Origin: Camelus dromedarius
Taxonomy: Eukaryota
Assembly (NCBI RefSeq): GCF_036321535.1
Contig: NC_087437.1
Location: 9,984,001-10,048,000, forward strand
Reading direction: 5' to 3'
DNA length: 64,000 nt
In this document: in pieces, positions 11,830 to 25,725 of the stretch
How positions within the stretch are numbered: the first letter of the stretch is position 1
Layout: every line of letters starts with the position of its first letter
The notes under the pieces: generated by a model
The model's input: the letters and a program-made list of their open reading frames with translations, nothing else
Database searches by the model: none
What the model was told of the DNA's origin: nothing
Position numbers and translations under genes: made by a program

Positions 11830-13269
11830 ACTCCTACTCTTTGTTAGGCTCTAGAAGTTTGAGGCAACCACATTCTACAGGGAAAACTGATGTAAAGCTC
11901 TGTATTTGTTATTTTCTAGCACTTAATTTTTTAAAATATAGTTGAAGAGAACATGATAAGGGTCTAGAGTGGGAGGTGATTTTTCTAAAACATTTGCCCC
12001 ACAGAATTATATATTTCATCTGGAAATCAGAACACCACTTTGGTGTCAGCCTCATCTTCAGGTGCCATTGAAGCAACTGTCCTACTAGACCAGGGTCTTT
12101 AGCATCTCGGCCCCAAATCAGATACAAATTCTTATTACTCAGTCTCTCTTGGTGAACCTAATGTTATAAAAGGTTCCTACCCATTGATGTGTTAGGATTA
12201 GTTACTGTGTGAACTGCCTCCAGCAAGAAAAGAGAGTTTCCAGCCAGTGCATGGACCACGCTTGTTACAAAAGAAAAAAAATTCAATTTCACGATAGCTC
12301 TTTCACTGAAGGGGGAACTAACTCTAAGTAGAACGTAAGTATTAAACTCCATTCTGTTAAAATGAGAAAGAATTATAGCCCAGACAGATCTAGTGTGAAA
12401 ATACTTTGAAAGGTCAGTTATCTCCTGTGTGCCCTGATCAGTCACGTGATCTGATCGAGAGCCCATGAATAGATTAAATATGTTCATCATTTTGTGACAG
12501 CTAAGTATGTCGTAGCTTAACCCAGAAATTTTGAGCACAAATTACTCCAAGCAATTACATTTTCAGTCTAAAAAACAAAGTCTTACAATAACCACAGAGA
12601 GGAGAGTGCCTCCAACTTCCCCATTCCTGAATTAAGAATTACTTACCATTAGTTTTTGGGAAAAGTCTTACAAATAACTTCATGACCTCTGATTGATCTC
12701 CATCATACTAGCAAGATTGCGGCAGCAAACAGAGCTAAGAATTCACTTTCTAAAGGGAAAGCAACAAAAAAATTCTGCCACAAAAACTCAGGCTTATTAG
12801 AGGATTTTCACTTTTTTTCTCTTTCTTTTTCTTTTCTTCGTTTTTTTTTTTTTTTTTCTTCCCCTTTTGTCCTCACTTTCAATAGGCCTTGGGTTTGTTA
12901 GCCTGGCAAAAATGAACATGTCAGCTTTCATTGCAAATCACTGCCCAGCTAAAATGAGATTTTGAAAAGATGTGCCACCTGCTTCATTAATAATAACATC
13001 AAATTCTTTTTTCTTGGTATGCTTTATAGACATATCTTTCTCAGCTCCACAAATCATCTCTTTATGTGACCGTGGATCAAAAAAAGAAGAAGAAGAAGAC
13101 GGAATTTTTTTCCTCTGTCACCATGAATTACATAAATAGCAAAGACTTTCTGCCTTAAATACCAGGAAATCTCTTCCAAAAAAAAAAAAAAAACCCAAAA
13201 AGAAAAAGTGGGAGAAAGAGGGAGGAACAAAGGGAGGAAGCAAGGGAGGAAGAGAAGGAGGAAGACCCT

Positions 13270-13472
13270 CTACATAAATAAATCTATAAACAACAAGTTC
13301 ATACTGCAGAGCACAGGGAACTATATTCAATATCTTGTAGTAACTTAGGGTGAAAAAGAATATGAAAATGAATCTATGTATTTTCATGCATGACTGAAAC
13401 ATTATGCTGTACACCAGAAATTGACAAAACATTGTAAACTGATTATGCTTCTGTAAAAATATACATATAAAA
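13270..13472 (+). mobile_element. Lineage-specific L1 3' end
   Basis: aacaacaagttcatactgcagagcacagggaactatattcaatatcttgtagtaac...ctgtacaccagaaattgac. Confidence 0.9.
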
Positions 13473-14147
13473 CTTTTTTTTAAAAATCTAACCTATAAAA
13501 GTAGTATTAGAAGTAAGTATATCAAAAGACTGACTCAATTCTCAATAAAAAGAAAGTTGTTAATTCAATCGGTTACTTTTTTTGCAAACCACTTTTATTA
13601 CTGATAATGTGTAATTTAGGAATCAGAATAATATCAAAACTCAAATGATTTGCATAATCTCCCATCCTGGGAAGTCTGCACAGGGCAGTACTTACAAGCG
13701 CAGATGGGAGGAATTTTAGTATAACCCCAATAACAATTAGCTTCTGTCAGGCTATGTAAGTTATCTATGGTTATTACGGATTGCTACTTTTTTTCTTCAT
13801 CAGCATTTGTCTGCTGTTTGCATGGCCTGATTAATAGATGGCATTTGTAATTTCACGGGTACAGCCGTCAGACCCTCATTTTTGCCTCCAGGTAGACATA
13901 CACCGTCTGAGGCCATTGTTCTTTATAATTTCCATACCGATCTCTGATTGATGGAATGCCAGGGCTATAAAATGTTGTCAGGAAAACAAAAACTTGGTCC
14001 AGGTGTTTTGTGATTTTTATGATCTTGGCTTTCAAGGGCAAAGCACTGCCTCTGCAGTCGAGCTGCATCACAGCTCAAGGGAAAAGTGGGGAAGTCAGAT
14101 TCTTTCTTGGTGACTCGCGAACCACAGAGCAGCAGCCTTGCATCCCT

Positions 14148-14256
14148 GCGAGAATTGCAGAGTCTCAGGCTGAGCCCAGACCTGCCACTTCAGAATCAGC
14201 ATTTTAGCAATTTCCAGGGGATTCAGGGCTCATTCTAAATTCTGAAAAGCCTGCTA
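14148..14256. mobile_element. MER5-type hAT fragment
   Basis: gcagagtctcaggct...cccagacctg...cagaatcagcattttagcaa...ccaggggattc. Confidence 0.6.
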
Positions 14257-14347
14257 GAAAGCCGGCCCCCAAGCTTACAATATATTCCAGAAATTCACTT
14301 CAGGTGGACTTCAAGAATGACCCTGACCAATCTGAATCCTAGGTTGT

Positions 14348-14675
14348 GTTTTTATTTTATTTTATTTTATTTTATTTTATTGAGTTATAGTCAGTTTACA
14401 ATGTTGTGTCAGTTTCCAGTGTTGAGCACAATTTTTCAGTTATACATGAACATACATATATTCATTGTTGCATGCAAACTCTACTTCAAAAAGATGCCTG
14501 CATCCCCAGTGTTCATAGCAGCACTATTTACAATAGCCAAGATATGGAAACAGCCTAAAAGTCCATCGACAGATGACTGGGTAAAGAAGATGTGGTATGT
14601 TTATACAGTGGAATACTATTCAGCCATAAAAACCAACAACATAACGCCATTTGCAGCAATGTGGAAGTCCCTGGA
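14348..14675 (-). mobile_element. Young L1 with 5' inversion (twin priming) and 14-bp TSD
   Basis: (TTTTA)n tail plus antisense 3' UTR to about 14470, then sense ORF2 C-terminus; TSD gaatcctaggttgt at 14334-14347 and 14676-14689. Confidence 0.92.
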
Positions 14676-14949
14676 GAATCCTAGGTTGTTTTAACAATGC
14701 CATTTGTATTGATGGATTTATCTGTCTGACATAATCCAATAGAAAAATGACTTTCTTGTGTATGCAATTTTTAGAACCACTCTGTCAATTAATTATCCAG
14801 TCTGATTTTGACTTTTGAAATTCTTTGACTTTAGTTTTTAGAAATTTCACATTCAGTAAACTTCATGAGCCAGCGTTCGTGGGAATACAAACAATAAATG
14901 TGTCACAAAGTTACTTAAATTTATTATTTAATTACACATGCATTTAAAT

Positions 14950-15157
14950 GAGATGTTTGCAACCTTTTTTTTTTTTTTTTTGTCAAGGGCCAGATAGTAA
15001 ATATTTTAGGCTTTGTGGGCCAAGAGGCCATATCACTTCATTTGTATCCAAATGTAGTATTCCCAATCATCAAAATGTAAGAATTGTTCTCAGCTCTTGG
15101 TCATACAAAAATGGGCAGTGGGGAAGATTTGGTTCATAAGCTGTAGTTTTCTCATAG
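14950..15157 (+). mobile_element. MER58 (hAT-Charlie) element
   Basis: aagggccagatagtaaatattttaggctttgtgggcca...catacaaaaatgggcagtgggg...gatttgg...gctgtagttt. Confidence 0.85.
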
Positions 15158-17694
15158 GCTAACAATCTAAACTAACTTAAGGGATGACAATCTAAACTAT
15201 ACTTAAGGGATGAGGGTCTGAGGGCTGAGAGATGCCTTTCTGGAACAGAATCCAGAAGCCACTGCCATATTTACTCTGGAGAGAGATGTCTGCTTGTCTC
15301 TGCGGCCCTCACCCTGGCCAAGGCTTTGGTCTGGTGAGGCCAGGAGGCACAAGGAGACATTTCTATGATCCTGAAGAGAACAGACAGCATAACACAGATG
15401 GAGGTATCACATGTCATCATGATAGAAACGAATGTGGACCCTGTTGATATGCAGAGGATGTCAGTGTCACTAAACAAAAGAAGACCCTCTCTCTAACATG
15501 GGAGCAAGCTTACTGGTCTGTGTACAACACACCCTGATGAGGAGGTTTGGTTTACAAACTGCTTTTCTGAAGAGAAGAAAGATATTAAAGAGCAATGATT
15601 AAAATGTTGTTCAGTATGACAGCCGAGAAATGTATAACTTTGCATTTTCTTTATTGCAAGAAGTGTTCTGCAACTTCGTTAATGACAGGCCCCCAGACAG
15701 GTGATGGTCAGGTTCAGGGGAAGTATTCACAGTTGTTCTTCAACTTTGGAAGTTGGTTTTAGGGGCTCCTGAATTCTCTGAGCAAACAGCACATCCCACC
15801 CCCCCAAGCCTGAACAGAGCTCTCCAACAGACTTCAGATGCATTCCAGGGGGAGCCTGCCACCCTCCTTGGGCTGAAGACAGACTTTTCCAAGTGTGGGG
15901 CTTAGCTCTAGAAGCAGAGAATGTGGTGGGGTGGGGAGGAGAGTGAATCTGACTACTGTATTGACTCTCCCATCCTCTGTGTCCGTGACCGGCATGAGAT
16001 CCTGGAGAAGCCCATCCAGCACCGTATATCTCAATAACCCAGTGAAAGGTGACCCAGCTTCCCCAGGAAGCCCTGCCCTGGGTTCCCTCTGGTTCGGCGG
16101 TACCCAGCTCTCAGCCTACACTACTTCTCTGGCATCGCCTGGTGCCCACCGGGCAGCAGTAAATAGGGCTTATTCTAAAAGTATCATCATGCACAAAAAT
16201 CTAATTTTTGCAATGACTCTTTAGGTTCTGTTAAGGTTTTTATCGCCCCAGTTATCTTGGGCAAAGCCCATTGGCAGATTTTTTGGCATTTCGTCAAAAA
16301 ATGACTGGTACCAACATCTGTAGCTTTGATGTAGCAGAGCTGGGCTCTGTTTCCCTACATGTGTGAACCCACAAGCCCCGTAGTGAACTCTCTACCCTCA
16401 ATAGTGGAGGGAAAGACGATAAAGGCGAGTGAGAAAAGTTTTGGTCGGGCTAAAGTGTAACACTCTCTGGCTTTCTCAAGGGAGGTGCAAGAAGGTGACT
16501 GTCATCTCAGTGAGCGTGGCCTTGACTTTTCTTTCTGCTAGTCAAGAGACTTGGTATTCTGGTAGGTTGATTTCTGTGCGCTCACAAGTTTGTACAGGAA
16601 CCACAGAAAAGCACATTTGTGCTTTGTCTCAGAACTCTGCAGTCAGAACTGTGTTCCTCTCCTGGCCCCGCGTGTCAGCCCAGCTTAGGCGTCTACTGAT
16701 GCTTGGCTCCTAAATGTTGACCGGTTTGGGTTCTGTTCTTTTCATGTCCTCTCTCTTGGGCTGTGTATTCCGGCTTTGAGAGCTACCCTTCAGGAAATGA
16801 TTTCTAATGTTCTTGCAGCAGCTCACAGTACCTATGTCACAAAGCCTAAGCCAAAAAGTCATTACCTGCCACTCATGCCTTGTCCCTTAACCAATAGCTG
16901 ATGAGAGACAAAGAATGGAAACCCACCTGGGACACTCAGCTCATGGCGAAGTCCAGAGAGTCAACAGCATCTGCATGGAGCCCAGAAGGTGTTCAACCCT
17001 CTCATTTCCAGAATGAATGAAAAGCATTCCAGGATTTATGTCATACTGGCCGAACTGGGTAGTTTCTGGGTACATTCAGGTGGGTGGTTCCTATTATAAC
17101 TTCATTGACGTTTGGTTCTACGGTGCTGAAAACCTGAGCAGGAGTTACAGCCAATCTCTGGTTTCTTTACAGACCTGCACGGAAATTCCGGTGAAGAGTC
17201 CTGACCCCTTGCCTAAATTCACACAGCAAAGAAAGTCCTCTGATGGTATCTAGTCACCAAGCATGCAAGCCAGGGACTGTGCCTTTAACCAGAAGTAAAG
17301 ACGGAGGAAATGATGTGTCACCAGTCAGATGGCTCAAAGGACAAAGGCGGAAGGTGAGCGCAAAGCAAAGTCTCCTCAAATTACCTTTCAGATTGCCCTA
17401 AGAGAGAAAGTCTCATTCAAAATGTAAGTTAGATAAAGGGAAGTACGAGCTGAGTTGCTGTCCTCTTCCGTTACGTGAGGACACCATCGTCAGCTACCTC
17501 AATCACTGGCAAGTACACATTGAGAATACACTCTTGGTCCCACTCAGACTTTGAAGATTATTTACCACGGGCAGGATCCTCCTCCTTTTTATACTTTGTC
17601 CCCACTTTTAACCTAAAACCTCCACGATCATCTGAAGATACCGATACACTCTCTAGAAGGCATGTTTCCAGTTAAGGTTATTGACGTATGAAAC

Positions 17695-17950
17695 TTGGCA
17701 AGTGTTTATGGAGCACTTACAACGTGCCAGGCATTATGTAGACGTTTGGTATTCCCAGCGAATGAAACAAACACCCCTGCCTGCATGGAGCTGCCATTCT
17801 AGTCAGGGAGAGGGAGAGTGAAGAGGGGCAGAGAAAAATTATAATCAGTAGAAATGATACATGAATAAATACTCTGGTAGGTTAGACCAGAGTCAGAGGG
17901 AGGGGAAGTGCAGAGTGGGGAGGATGCTGAAAGGCCGTCTATTACAGACT
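17695..17950 (-). mobile_element. L2 3' end
   Basis: tgtttatggagcacttacaacgtgccaggca...cctgcctgcatggagctgccattctagt. Confidence 0.75.
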
Positions 17951-18040
17951 GCAGAACCCAGCTTGCCGCGCACCTGTAGCACCTCACAGCTCTTATTTAT
18001 TCCTGTCTTGTATGCTTTCCCGCCAAAATGTTCACTGAGA

Positions 18041-18262
18041 CAGTTTAGCACCTAAATTGGGAGTCAGACCTAAGATCCAATTCTTGGCCCACTGTTTAAC
18101 AGCCATGGACTAATACATTGGATAAGTGATGTAACATCTCTGACCCTTGATTTCCATCAGTCTTTTATGGGTTTTATGAGGAGTAAAGGAAATTTGTTTT
18201 AATTGGCACCTAAACTCATGCCTGGACATGTGAAGAACTAAACAAATGGTACATAACATTAT
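18041..18262 (+). mobile_element. MIR
   Basis: ggagtcagacct...aacatctctga...ttatgaggagtaaa...tgcctggacatgt...aacaaatggt. Confidence 0.65.
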
Positions 18263-19051
18263 CTTCTCATTGAAAGATGTTCTGTACTTATAACTATGTG
18301 TCTGCCTGTCTTTTTCCTCCTCTCACAGATCCGCAGAATTCCCGAGAGCAGGGCTACAACCACCGCAGCAGCATCTAAAGGAGGGATCCTGAATTCATAA
18401 AAAATAGGAGACTTATACATTCTAGCCTCAAATCTGTGCTGAAGACTTCTCTATCGGGGAAATGAGAAATTTCTAATAAATAATTTACCAGACTGATAAC
18501 ACCAATTAAAGTATGAAAACTCTGTTGTGCACAGTAAATGCTCAAACATGTCTCCCGAAGTGAGTCAGTGAAGACAGTGCCTATAATGGATTTGACCGGA
18601 TAGAACATTTTCCTGATAAATAGCTTATGTTTATTCTCTGTAGAGAAAGGAAGATTCAACACCGATAGTCCCCTCATCTTCTCTGGGATGACAGTGATTC
18701 TTTGAAGAAGTCTCTGAGATAAGACTTTAAACGTGGCCCCTTTGCTGCAGGAAGTGGATATAAAGCTGCTGGGTTAATTTCAGCAAAAGGAAATGACACA
18801 TGATGAATGGCCCCAGCCAAAGCTTTTCCTTAAACCAAAGTGAGGTTCCGGGACACCATGGGGAACTAAAATGCCTGGTGACTTTTCAGAGAAGAGAGTG
18901 TTGTTATGAATACCAGGTTTTTGCTCATGATAATCTTTTGGAATTTCCTGGATAATGAAATATTGCTTCCTATATAATTCTCTTTCCCACTCTCCCTGGT
19001 AAACTGGCCCAGGAGCACCTCCTCTGCAGCCCAGACGCTGCCTCGTGACTC

Positions 19052-19071
19052 GGTGTGTGTGTGTGTGTGTG
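19052..19071 (+). repeat. Short (GT)n
   Basis: ggtgtgtgtgtgtgtgtgtg. Confidence 0.9.
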
Positions 19072-19539
19072 AACCACCCCCGCCATCCTTGCTGTTACAA
19101 CTGCGATTACCGGCTCACTGCTGTGGGCAAGTCTATCAGAAAATAAAACTGTTATGGAAGTTAACAACAGTCTGTCAGCGTCACAGTCAAGGCACAGCTG
19201 TGTAACACACCCAATGATGGGCTAAAAACCTGAGTACAAGAAGCTTCATCACCACTTAATTGAATGGAAACAACATAGACAGGGCAGGAATAATTCTCGG
19301 CTAAGCAAGTCATGTGCGTGGGACAAGAAAATACACTGGGGAAGAAAATCACTATGGGACATATTGTCACTTTAAAATTGTCTTTCCTTTCTGGAAGTGA
19401 GGCTGTAATTTTTATTTTTTTTTAGACTATCAGAGTTTTCAAATGAGCAAAATCATTATGTGTAGCTCATGTATTAAACTGACCACCATCAGTATATCTT
19501 CATTTAATTCTTTGTTTTGATCCTGCCTCATAAGGGACT

Positions 19540-19915
19540 CTATACATTTTCTGGTTCACCTTCTTTTCAGGCACATGGGGGGGGATTGTATTTTCTTGAC
19601 CTCACCCCCCTTGAAGTTAGACGTCATCCTGGGACATTTCAGTCAATGAAATATTAGTGAAAGTAATGTACGTCACTACTGAGAAGTTTCAAAAACCAGC
19701 ACAGGATTGTCATATCCCCTTTACGGTGATCACAGAGGCACCCGTGAGATGGAAACTCCATCATCCTTGGTTCCGACACATTAGCAATGGATAGAACCCC
19801 ATCGATCGACACAGCAGGAGAGAGAAATTGGGTTTTGCTGGTGGTGCTGTTTGGCCACTGAGATTTTGGGGTTGATTGTAACCACAGCAAAATGTAATGA
19901 ATCCTGATTGATGTA
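19540..19915 (+). mobile_element. MaLR LTR (MLT1I/J-like)
   Basis: ccttgaagttagacgtcatc...gtcaatgaaat...gccactgagattttggggttgattgtaaccacagca...atcctgattgat. Confidence 0.75.
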
Positions 19916-21440
19916 GAGGTCTACTCATTAATTTTAAATGACTGATTTTAAAGCATTTAATGCAATCTTGGTAATGGCCTGGTTATCAAGGGTTTTAAAG
20001 TAGAAAGTCTTCAGTGAAAGATTAGGAAAACACAGATCAAAGCACGTCTCCAAAGTTCCCAGCTCTGAATAGTTTTGAAGCCGAACATGTGATGAGGTAA
20101 AGAGCCCTTGTCCGTGAATGGCCAGGAATGAAGACCCTCCCTCCAATCCATCCTCTGACAATGTTCTGTCCAGTTAAAGGCAGATGCCTCAACCAGACCA
20201 GTTTAATTCTGTTTAGAATCTTTGGTGAGGGATGAGAACTTAAAAGAACCAATTGTTAGTGAATAGAAAAACCAATCCCCTTCGCTGTGACTGCATTGGG
20301 GGAAGAGATAAAAATACTGGGCTTATGCTTGGTCCCAGGTTCCTTGAGGTGGAGCCATGGCTGGCAGTGAAATGTAGAAAAGGAAAAAAAAAAAAAGAAA
20401 AGGAAGAGGGACAACTCACTGAGCTGTACACATGGAAGGGCTGTATGTTGATTATACATCAGTTAGATAATTTTTTTTTTAAAGCAAAGAGGCAAAGGAA
20501 AGAGCTTGGATAAAGAAAATAAGACTTTAGAACAATATTTCAATAATAGTAATACCACCTCTGAAAAAGCAAATTTATTACCTTCTTACCTAAACCATTG
20601 TGATAAAATATCTGTTACGAAATTAAAGAGAATAATCACCTTACACATAAGCAAGGTTGATGGAATTTAAGATGGAATAGGTAACTAGTCATAAGAGGAA
20701 TATATATTCTTTAATAGAACTTAAAATATCAATGTCTTTGGCAAGGATGAAGGGTGAGGACGTTTAAAAACCTGTGGTTCAGAGTTGTGAGAATCAGTAA
20801 GTATGGGGAAGAAAGGTTTCTCACGGGTTCATGTGCTGGCGAAGGGGTACAGTGTTAGTTCTTACTGTCTTACAGAAGAATCAGCTCCCTGGGAATTCTA
20901 GGAAAGCTGTGACAATCCCCAAGGGGCCGTTATGTGACTTCATCACTGCTTCTCAGGAGGAAGAATTAAGTTTCTCAGGTTGCTCCAATATGTGTTTCCT
21001 TATGAAGATTCAGAATTGGGTATTTTACCTGATAATCATAGTAAAACTTACAGTGAAGTATAACTTAAAAATGACAGTAATTTTCTGAAGTTGATGACTT
21101 AGAAGATAAAACAAATATGGTTTGCAGTTTTATTTTGCAAGTTTGTGTTTACTTTTAAGTAAATATTTGGTATGTGAATTACATAATTCCAGCAAAACCT
21201 CATGCCTTTTCATTACATTGAATTCAGGCTCTTAACTTGTACCAAGCATTCTATAACTTTCATGTTATAGAACGTTATAGAATGCTTTCTTAAAGATGCT
21301 TTAATGCAAAATATTATGAATTATATAGATACTCATATTGATTTATACCTCAGAAATCTATATACTTGTCATATTAATTTTTTTTAAAACCTCCTAATTA
21401 TCTACATGACTGAATGGCATTTAAAACAAAAACTCCCTCA

Positions 21441-21600
21441 CAAAGGGAACTATATTCAATATCTTATAATAGCCTGTAATGAAAAAGAATATGAAAAGAA
21501 ATATATATATATATATATACACACACACATATATAAAACTGAATCACTATGCTGTTCACCAGAATTAGCACAACATTGTAAATCAGCTATACTGCAAATA

Positions 21601-21659
<59 letters not shown>

Positions 21660-21661
21660 AA
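21441..21661 (+). mobile_element. L1 3' end with tail expanded to (TAAA)n
   Basis: agggaactatattcaatatcttataatagcc...actgaatcactatgctgt...; about 15 TAAA units at 21601-21660. Confidence 0.9.
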
Positions 21662-23963
21662 TGAACCTGCAGAATATCTGGTACCTTTGTTCAAAATGTT
21701 ATCCGTTTGAAACTGTCATCCACATTAAGGATCCATAAGAAAATAGTTTAAAATTGTATCCACTTTTGGATTTAAATAATAACAGTAGTAACACCAAATG
21801 TATATGGGCACAAATTATTTGCCAAAATTTCTGAGCTATGACTGATCTTGGAAATCCATTAGCACAAACCTCCATACATTTCACTCGATGACCCAGACTT
21901 AGGATGTGCACGAGAGCATACGTCCTCACGTGTAAAATTCACACATAATTTCTTCCAGTAATTAAATAATAAGGATGCATTAGACCCGGCAGAAGCCTTA
22001 ATGAAATGTATGACTTCCTAACATGCTTTGGTCTGTGCTTTACGAACATGGAAAAGGGAATTGTAAACTCCTCCAGCAGCCTTTAGTCAAAAAGGGGCAA
22101 TCAGAATTGTAAAGGCTGCCCTGGTACAGCATACTGTTACAAAATTAATAGTGACAGCCCTAATGAAATCCTTTAATGCAATGATTTAAAAGATCCTATG
22201 AAATAAAGTACAAGTATAAATTTTAAGAGGCATTCTTAGCCCTGGAGAAATGAAGGTTAGGCAAAGGATCTGAGCTCTTAAAACTTCTTTTCCTTAATAA
22301 GAACTCACATTGACATAGGCGTTTTAACTTTGTCGAAGTGCTTTTGTAGCTTCCGTTAAATTGTATATCCTTATACCACCGCAGTTAAGGAAGCACGGAG
22401 GGAACTGCAATTCCCATTTGCCACTGAGGAGATGGCTTCCGAAAGAGATTATGAGAAGACTTGCTCCGGGCCAAGCCGATCAGTGGGGAGCTAGCCTCCA
22501 ATCCCAGCTCTCTTCCACACAAACCAATTCCAGGGGGGAATAATGTCTCTTGCTTAGAGATAATCATTCGTCTAAAGAAGATTGCCTGCTATTCTGGGAA
22601 CCACCACTTGAAATAAGAAAAATGAAAGTTGAAGATGGTTTGAGAAAAAAAAATGATAAATGTTTGAGAAATACATACTAGTGAGATACACCCTGAAACT
22701 GATTTTGGGGGGAAATTTTAGCTCTGTGGGCAAGAAACCAAGAAAGGACTTGCTATCATTAACAACACACAACTTTTTCTGTTTAAAATTAAAGGTACAT
22801 TACATCACAAGATAGGGTCGTGTTGAATTGCTAAGAATGTCCTAGAATAGGATTACCAGATGTCTGTATTATAAAGTGGTTTATGCCAATCTATTCCTGA
22901 GAGGCGTTAAAGGCTGGGTAGAGAGCATAGCCAATTTGGGTGTAATAGACTCCAAGTCAAAAGGATGCGTTCGGTAAACTCTATCCCATGAAGGTTCACC
23001 GCATCATCTCTGAAGGAGACTTCAGTCTGAAGGGAATGGAGGCTTTCTTGAGTCATACTGAAGTTCAGTAACTCTGCTCCACATATAGAGACGTTCATTC
23101 AGAATTTCCAGAAACCTCAAAAACTAACCAAAACCAAACAAGAACTTGTAGGATCTGCACAAATGTATATCCATGCATGCAAATGTGAGGTGAGCATACA
23201 TGAGCTAAGTCAATAGCACTAACCCTGTTCTCTGTGTTTGCAGTCGATCTGGGAGCACAGTGTGGCAGCTCAGTACATGGTCACAGCATTCACATGAATT
23301 GCAAATCCTTGTAACTATAGTGATCAGTGATTCCAACAGAAGTACTTTATGTGAAGGGAATTTTAAAAAGATAGTGACACCTTATTTTGAAATACAAATA
23401 CAATAAGAAAGCAAAGACAACTCAGATGTGTTTCCAACTCTAGGTGTCGTCATCCCGACCGATTGCCAAGAAGAAGTCAGTCAATTCAAGCAGCATCATA
23501 TTTAACCCATGTATGATATATAATGATATATAATGATATATCTAGGAACATTCTGAAGGTGGCAATAGGACATGTTGAAAGTGACGCATCTCCCCTCTGG
23601 AATAAGAACTGTCAGGTAGTTTATTATACACACGACTACATAAAATGAACTTAAAAAAATCGGTTTGAAATCAGTTTCTAGATCTCCACTAAAGACCTGT
23701 CCAGCCCTTTAACTCTGTGCATAAGAGAATAAAAATTTAGTTAATTTAAGGTATTTCTGCACTTCATAACTCCAGATCTTAAGTGTTGACAATTTAATGG
23801 AGTTCCAAGGAAAGATTAAAATATCAGTTGACTGAATGATTTGCTCAGCCCAGTAATGACTGTGATGATCTAGTCCTCTATCCCCATCTAACCTGAGCCT
23901 TCTTCATATTCTGTATCTAGAGCAGAGATATATTAAAGTTGGTTTTAAAAGTTTCTATTTTTC

Positions 23964-24628
23964 ACTTACCATATGATCCAGCAATCCCACTCCTGGGCAT
24001 GTATCTAGAGGGAACCTTAATTCAAAAAGACACGTACACCCCGATGTTCATAATGCACCATTTACAATAGCCAAGACATGGAAACAACATAAATATCCAT
24101 CAATAGATGACCAGATGAGGAAGTTGCGGTATATTTGTACAATGGAATACTACTCAGCCATAAAAAAGCACAAATAATGCCATTTGCAACAACATGGATG
24201 GAACTGGAGATTGTGATTCTAAATGAAATAAGCTGGAAAGAGAAAGAAAAATACCATGTGATATCACTTATATATGGCATCTAAAAAAAAGACAAACAAA
24301 TTTATTTGCAAAACAGAAACAGACTCTCAGACATAGAGAACAAACTTGTCGTTACTGAAGGGGGCCAGTGGGGAGAGGTTGGGGGTATAAACTGGGAGTT
24401 AGAGATTTGCAGATACTAACATATATATATAGAATAGATAAACAACAAGTTCATGCTGCATAGCACAGGGAACTATATTCGATATCTTGTAGTAACTTAT
24501 GGTAAAAAAGAAAATGAAAACAAATATATGTATATTCATGTATGACTGAAGCATTGTGCTGTACACCAGAAATTGACACAACATTGTAAGCTGACTATAC
24601 TTCAATAGAAAAATATACATATACCCAA
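23964..24628 (+). mobile_element. L1, 5'-truncated (about 660 bp), with 17-bp TSD
   Basis: ttaccatatgatccagcaatcccactcctggg through the full 3' UTR; TSD aaaagtttctatttttc (23947-23963) and aaaagttcttatttttc (24629-24645) at a TT/AAAA site. Confidence 0.93.
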
Positions 24629-25164
24629 AAAAGTTCTTATTTTTCTGGTCAAAGATGCTATTAACTTATGATTTACCACCAACTTAGTTACCAGTAATGT
24701 TTGTATATTGGCTGGTTTGTTTGTTTGTTGGGGGCACTGCCACTAATAGCAGAGCTCTTTAAAACTATCCAAGGTTATTTCTAGACTTGAAGAACCATGG
24801 TTTTTTCTGCTTATAATTAAGTTGAAAACTAATCATCCAGTCTGTTGTACCCCATCTCCCCCTAAATTATCTACAGACCTCTATCCCAGGACAGGAGTTT
24901 AGTGCGTGGCTGGTGTCCCATTCTATGTGCAATATTGTGATCACCACCCAAGACAGGAGGACCCATGCAGAATTATTGTACTATTTGAACAGAAATCCAC
25001 TTTCCTTACTATTTCTGTTCCCAGAGCCTTTTCTATTACTTCCTTAGATCTCCTTCACTTGAAGATCAAGTTTAACCAGAAAGGCTTTGTGAAGAAGTGA
25101 GTAGAAGAAAACATATGTTGCCATTTTATTAGGAAAAATATACAGTCAATTTACTATAGGGCGA

Positions 25165-25270
25165 TTATGCTTACCTTATGAGATTGATGTGAGGATTAAA
25201 TGAAATAATAGAGCATTTAGCATTGAATTAGACATTTAATAAGCAATCATTAAGTTGTACCAACTGTTAC
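25165..25270 (+). mobile_element. MIR 3' half
   Basis: ccttatgagattgatgtgaggattaaatgaaataata...gcatttagca. Confidence 0.7.
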
Positions 25271-25725
25271 TTTTCCTCACACTCCACAGGTCCTCCAGAA
25301 TTTTTTGTAAAGATATTTCCATTTTTCTAAGAAGCCCACCATTTGTCTACAAATTCTGTACCAAAATGGTCCAGAGTAGTTGGTCAGCAAGGGAGAGGAT
25401 GAACGTGAGACAGCATCACCAGAGTCCCCTTTGGTTGATGGATAAAAGAAAGAACGGTAAAACCTAACCACTCTTACACATTCTGCTTGTCCTACCCCTG
25501 CGAGGGCTGGTCTTCTGTGGGTCGAGGTTACATGACGAACAAGACAAACCCAGTCACTGCTCCTCACAGCTCTGATTCCAGGCCATGACCCTAAGTACAA
25601 TGAGTTTGTAGCAAGAACCATAACTTAGTCCGTGTTTGTGCATGGCAGTGGGAAACGCTGAGGAAGGATGGTCAAGAAAAGCTCTTCTGAGTCAGATTTA
25701 TGTTGGGATTTAAAAGAGGAGTTGA

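Noticed and set aside
14317..14694. 125-aa ORF containing PVFIAALFTIAKIWKQPK
   Set aside because: This is the L1 ORF2 C-terminus read through the inversion junction, not a gene
18330..18400. Exon after the strong acceptor tttttcctcctctcacag
   Set aside because: The context resembles a decayed L2 3' end, reading frames close quickly and no good donor follows
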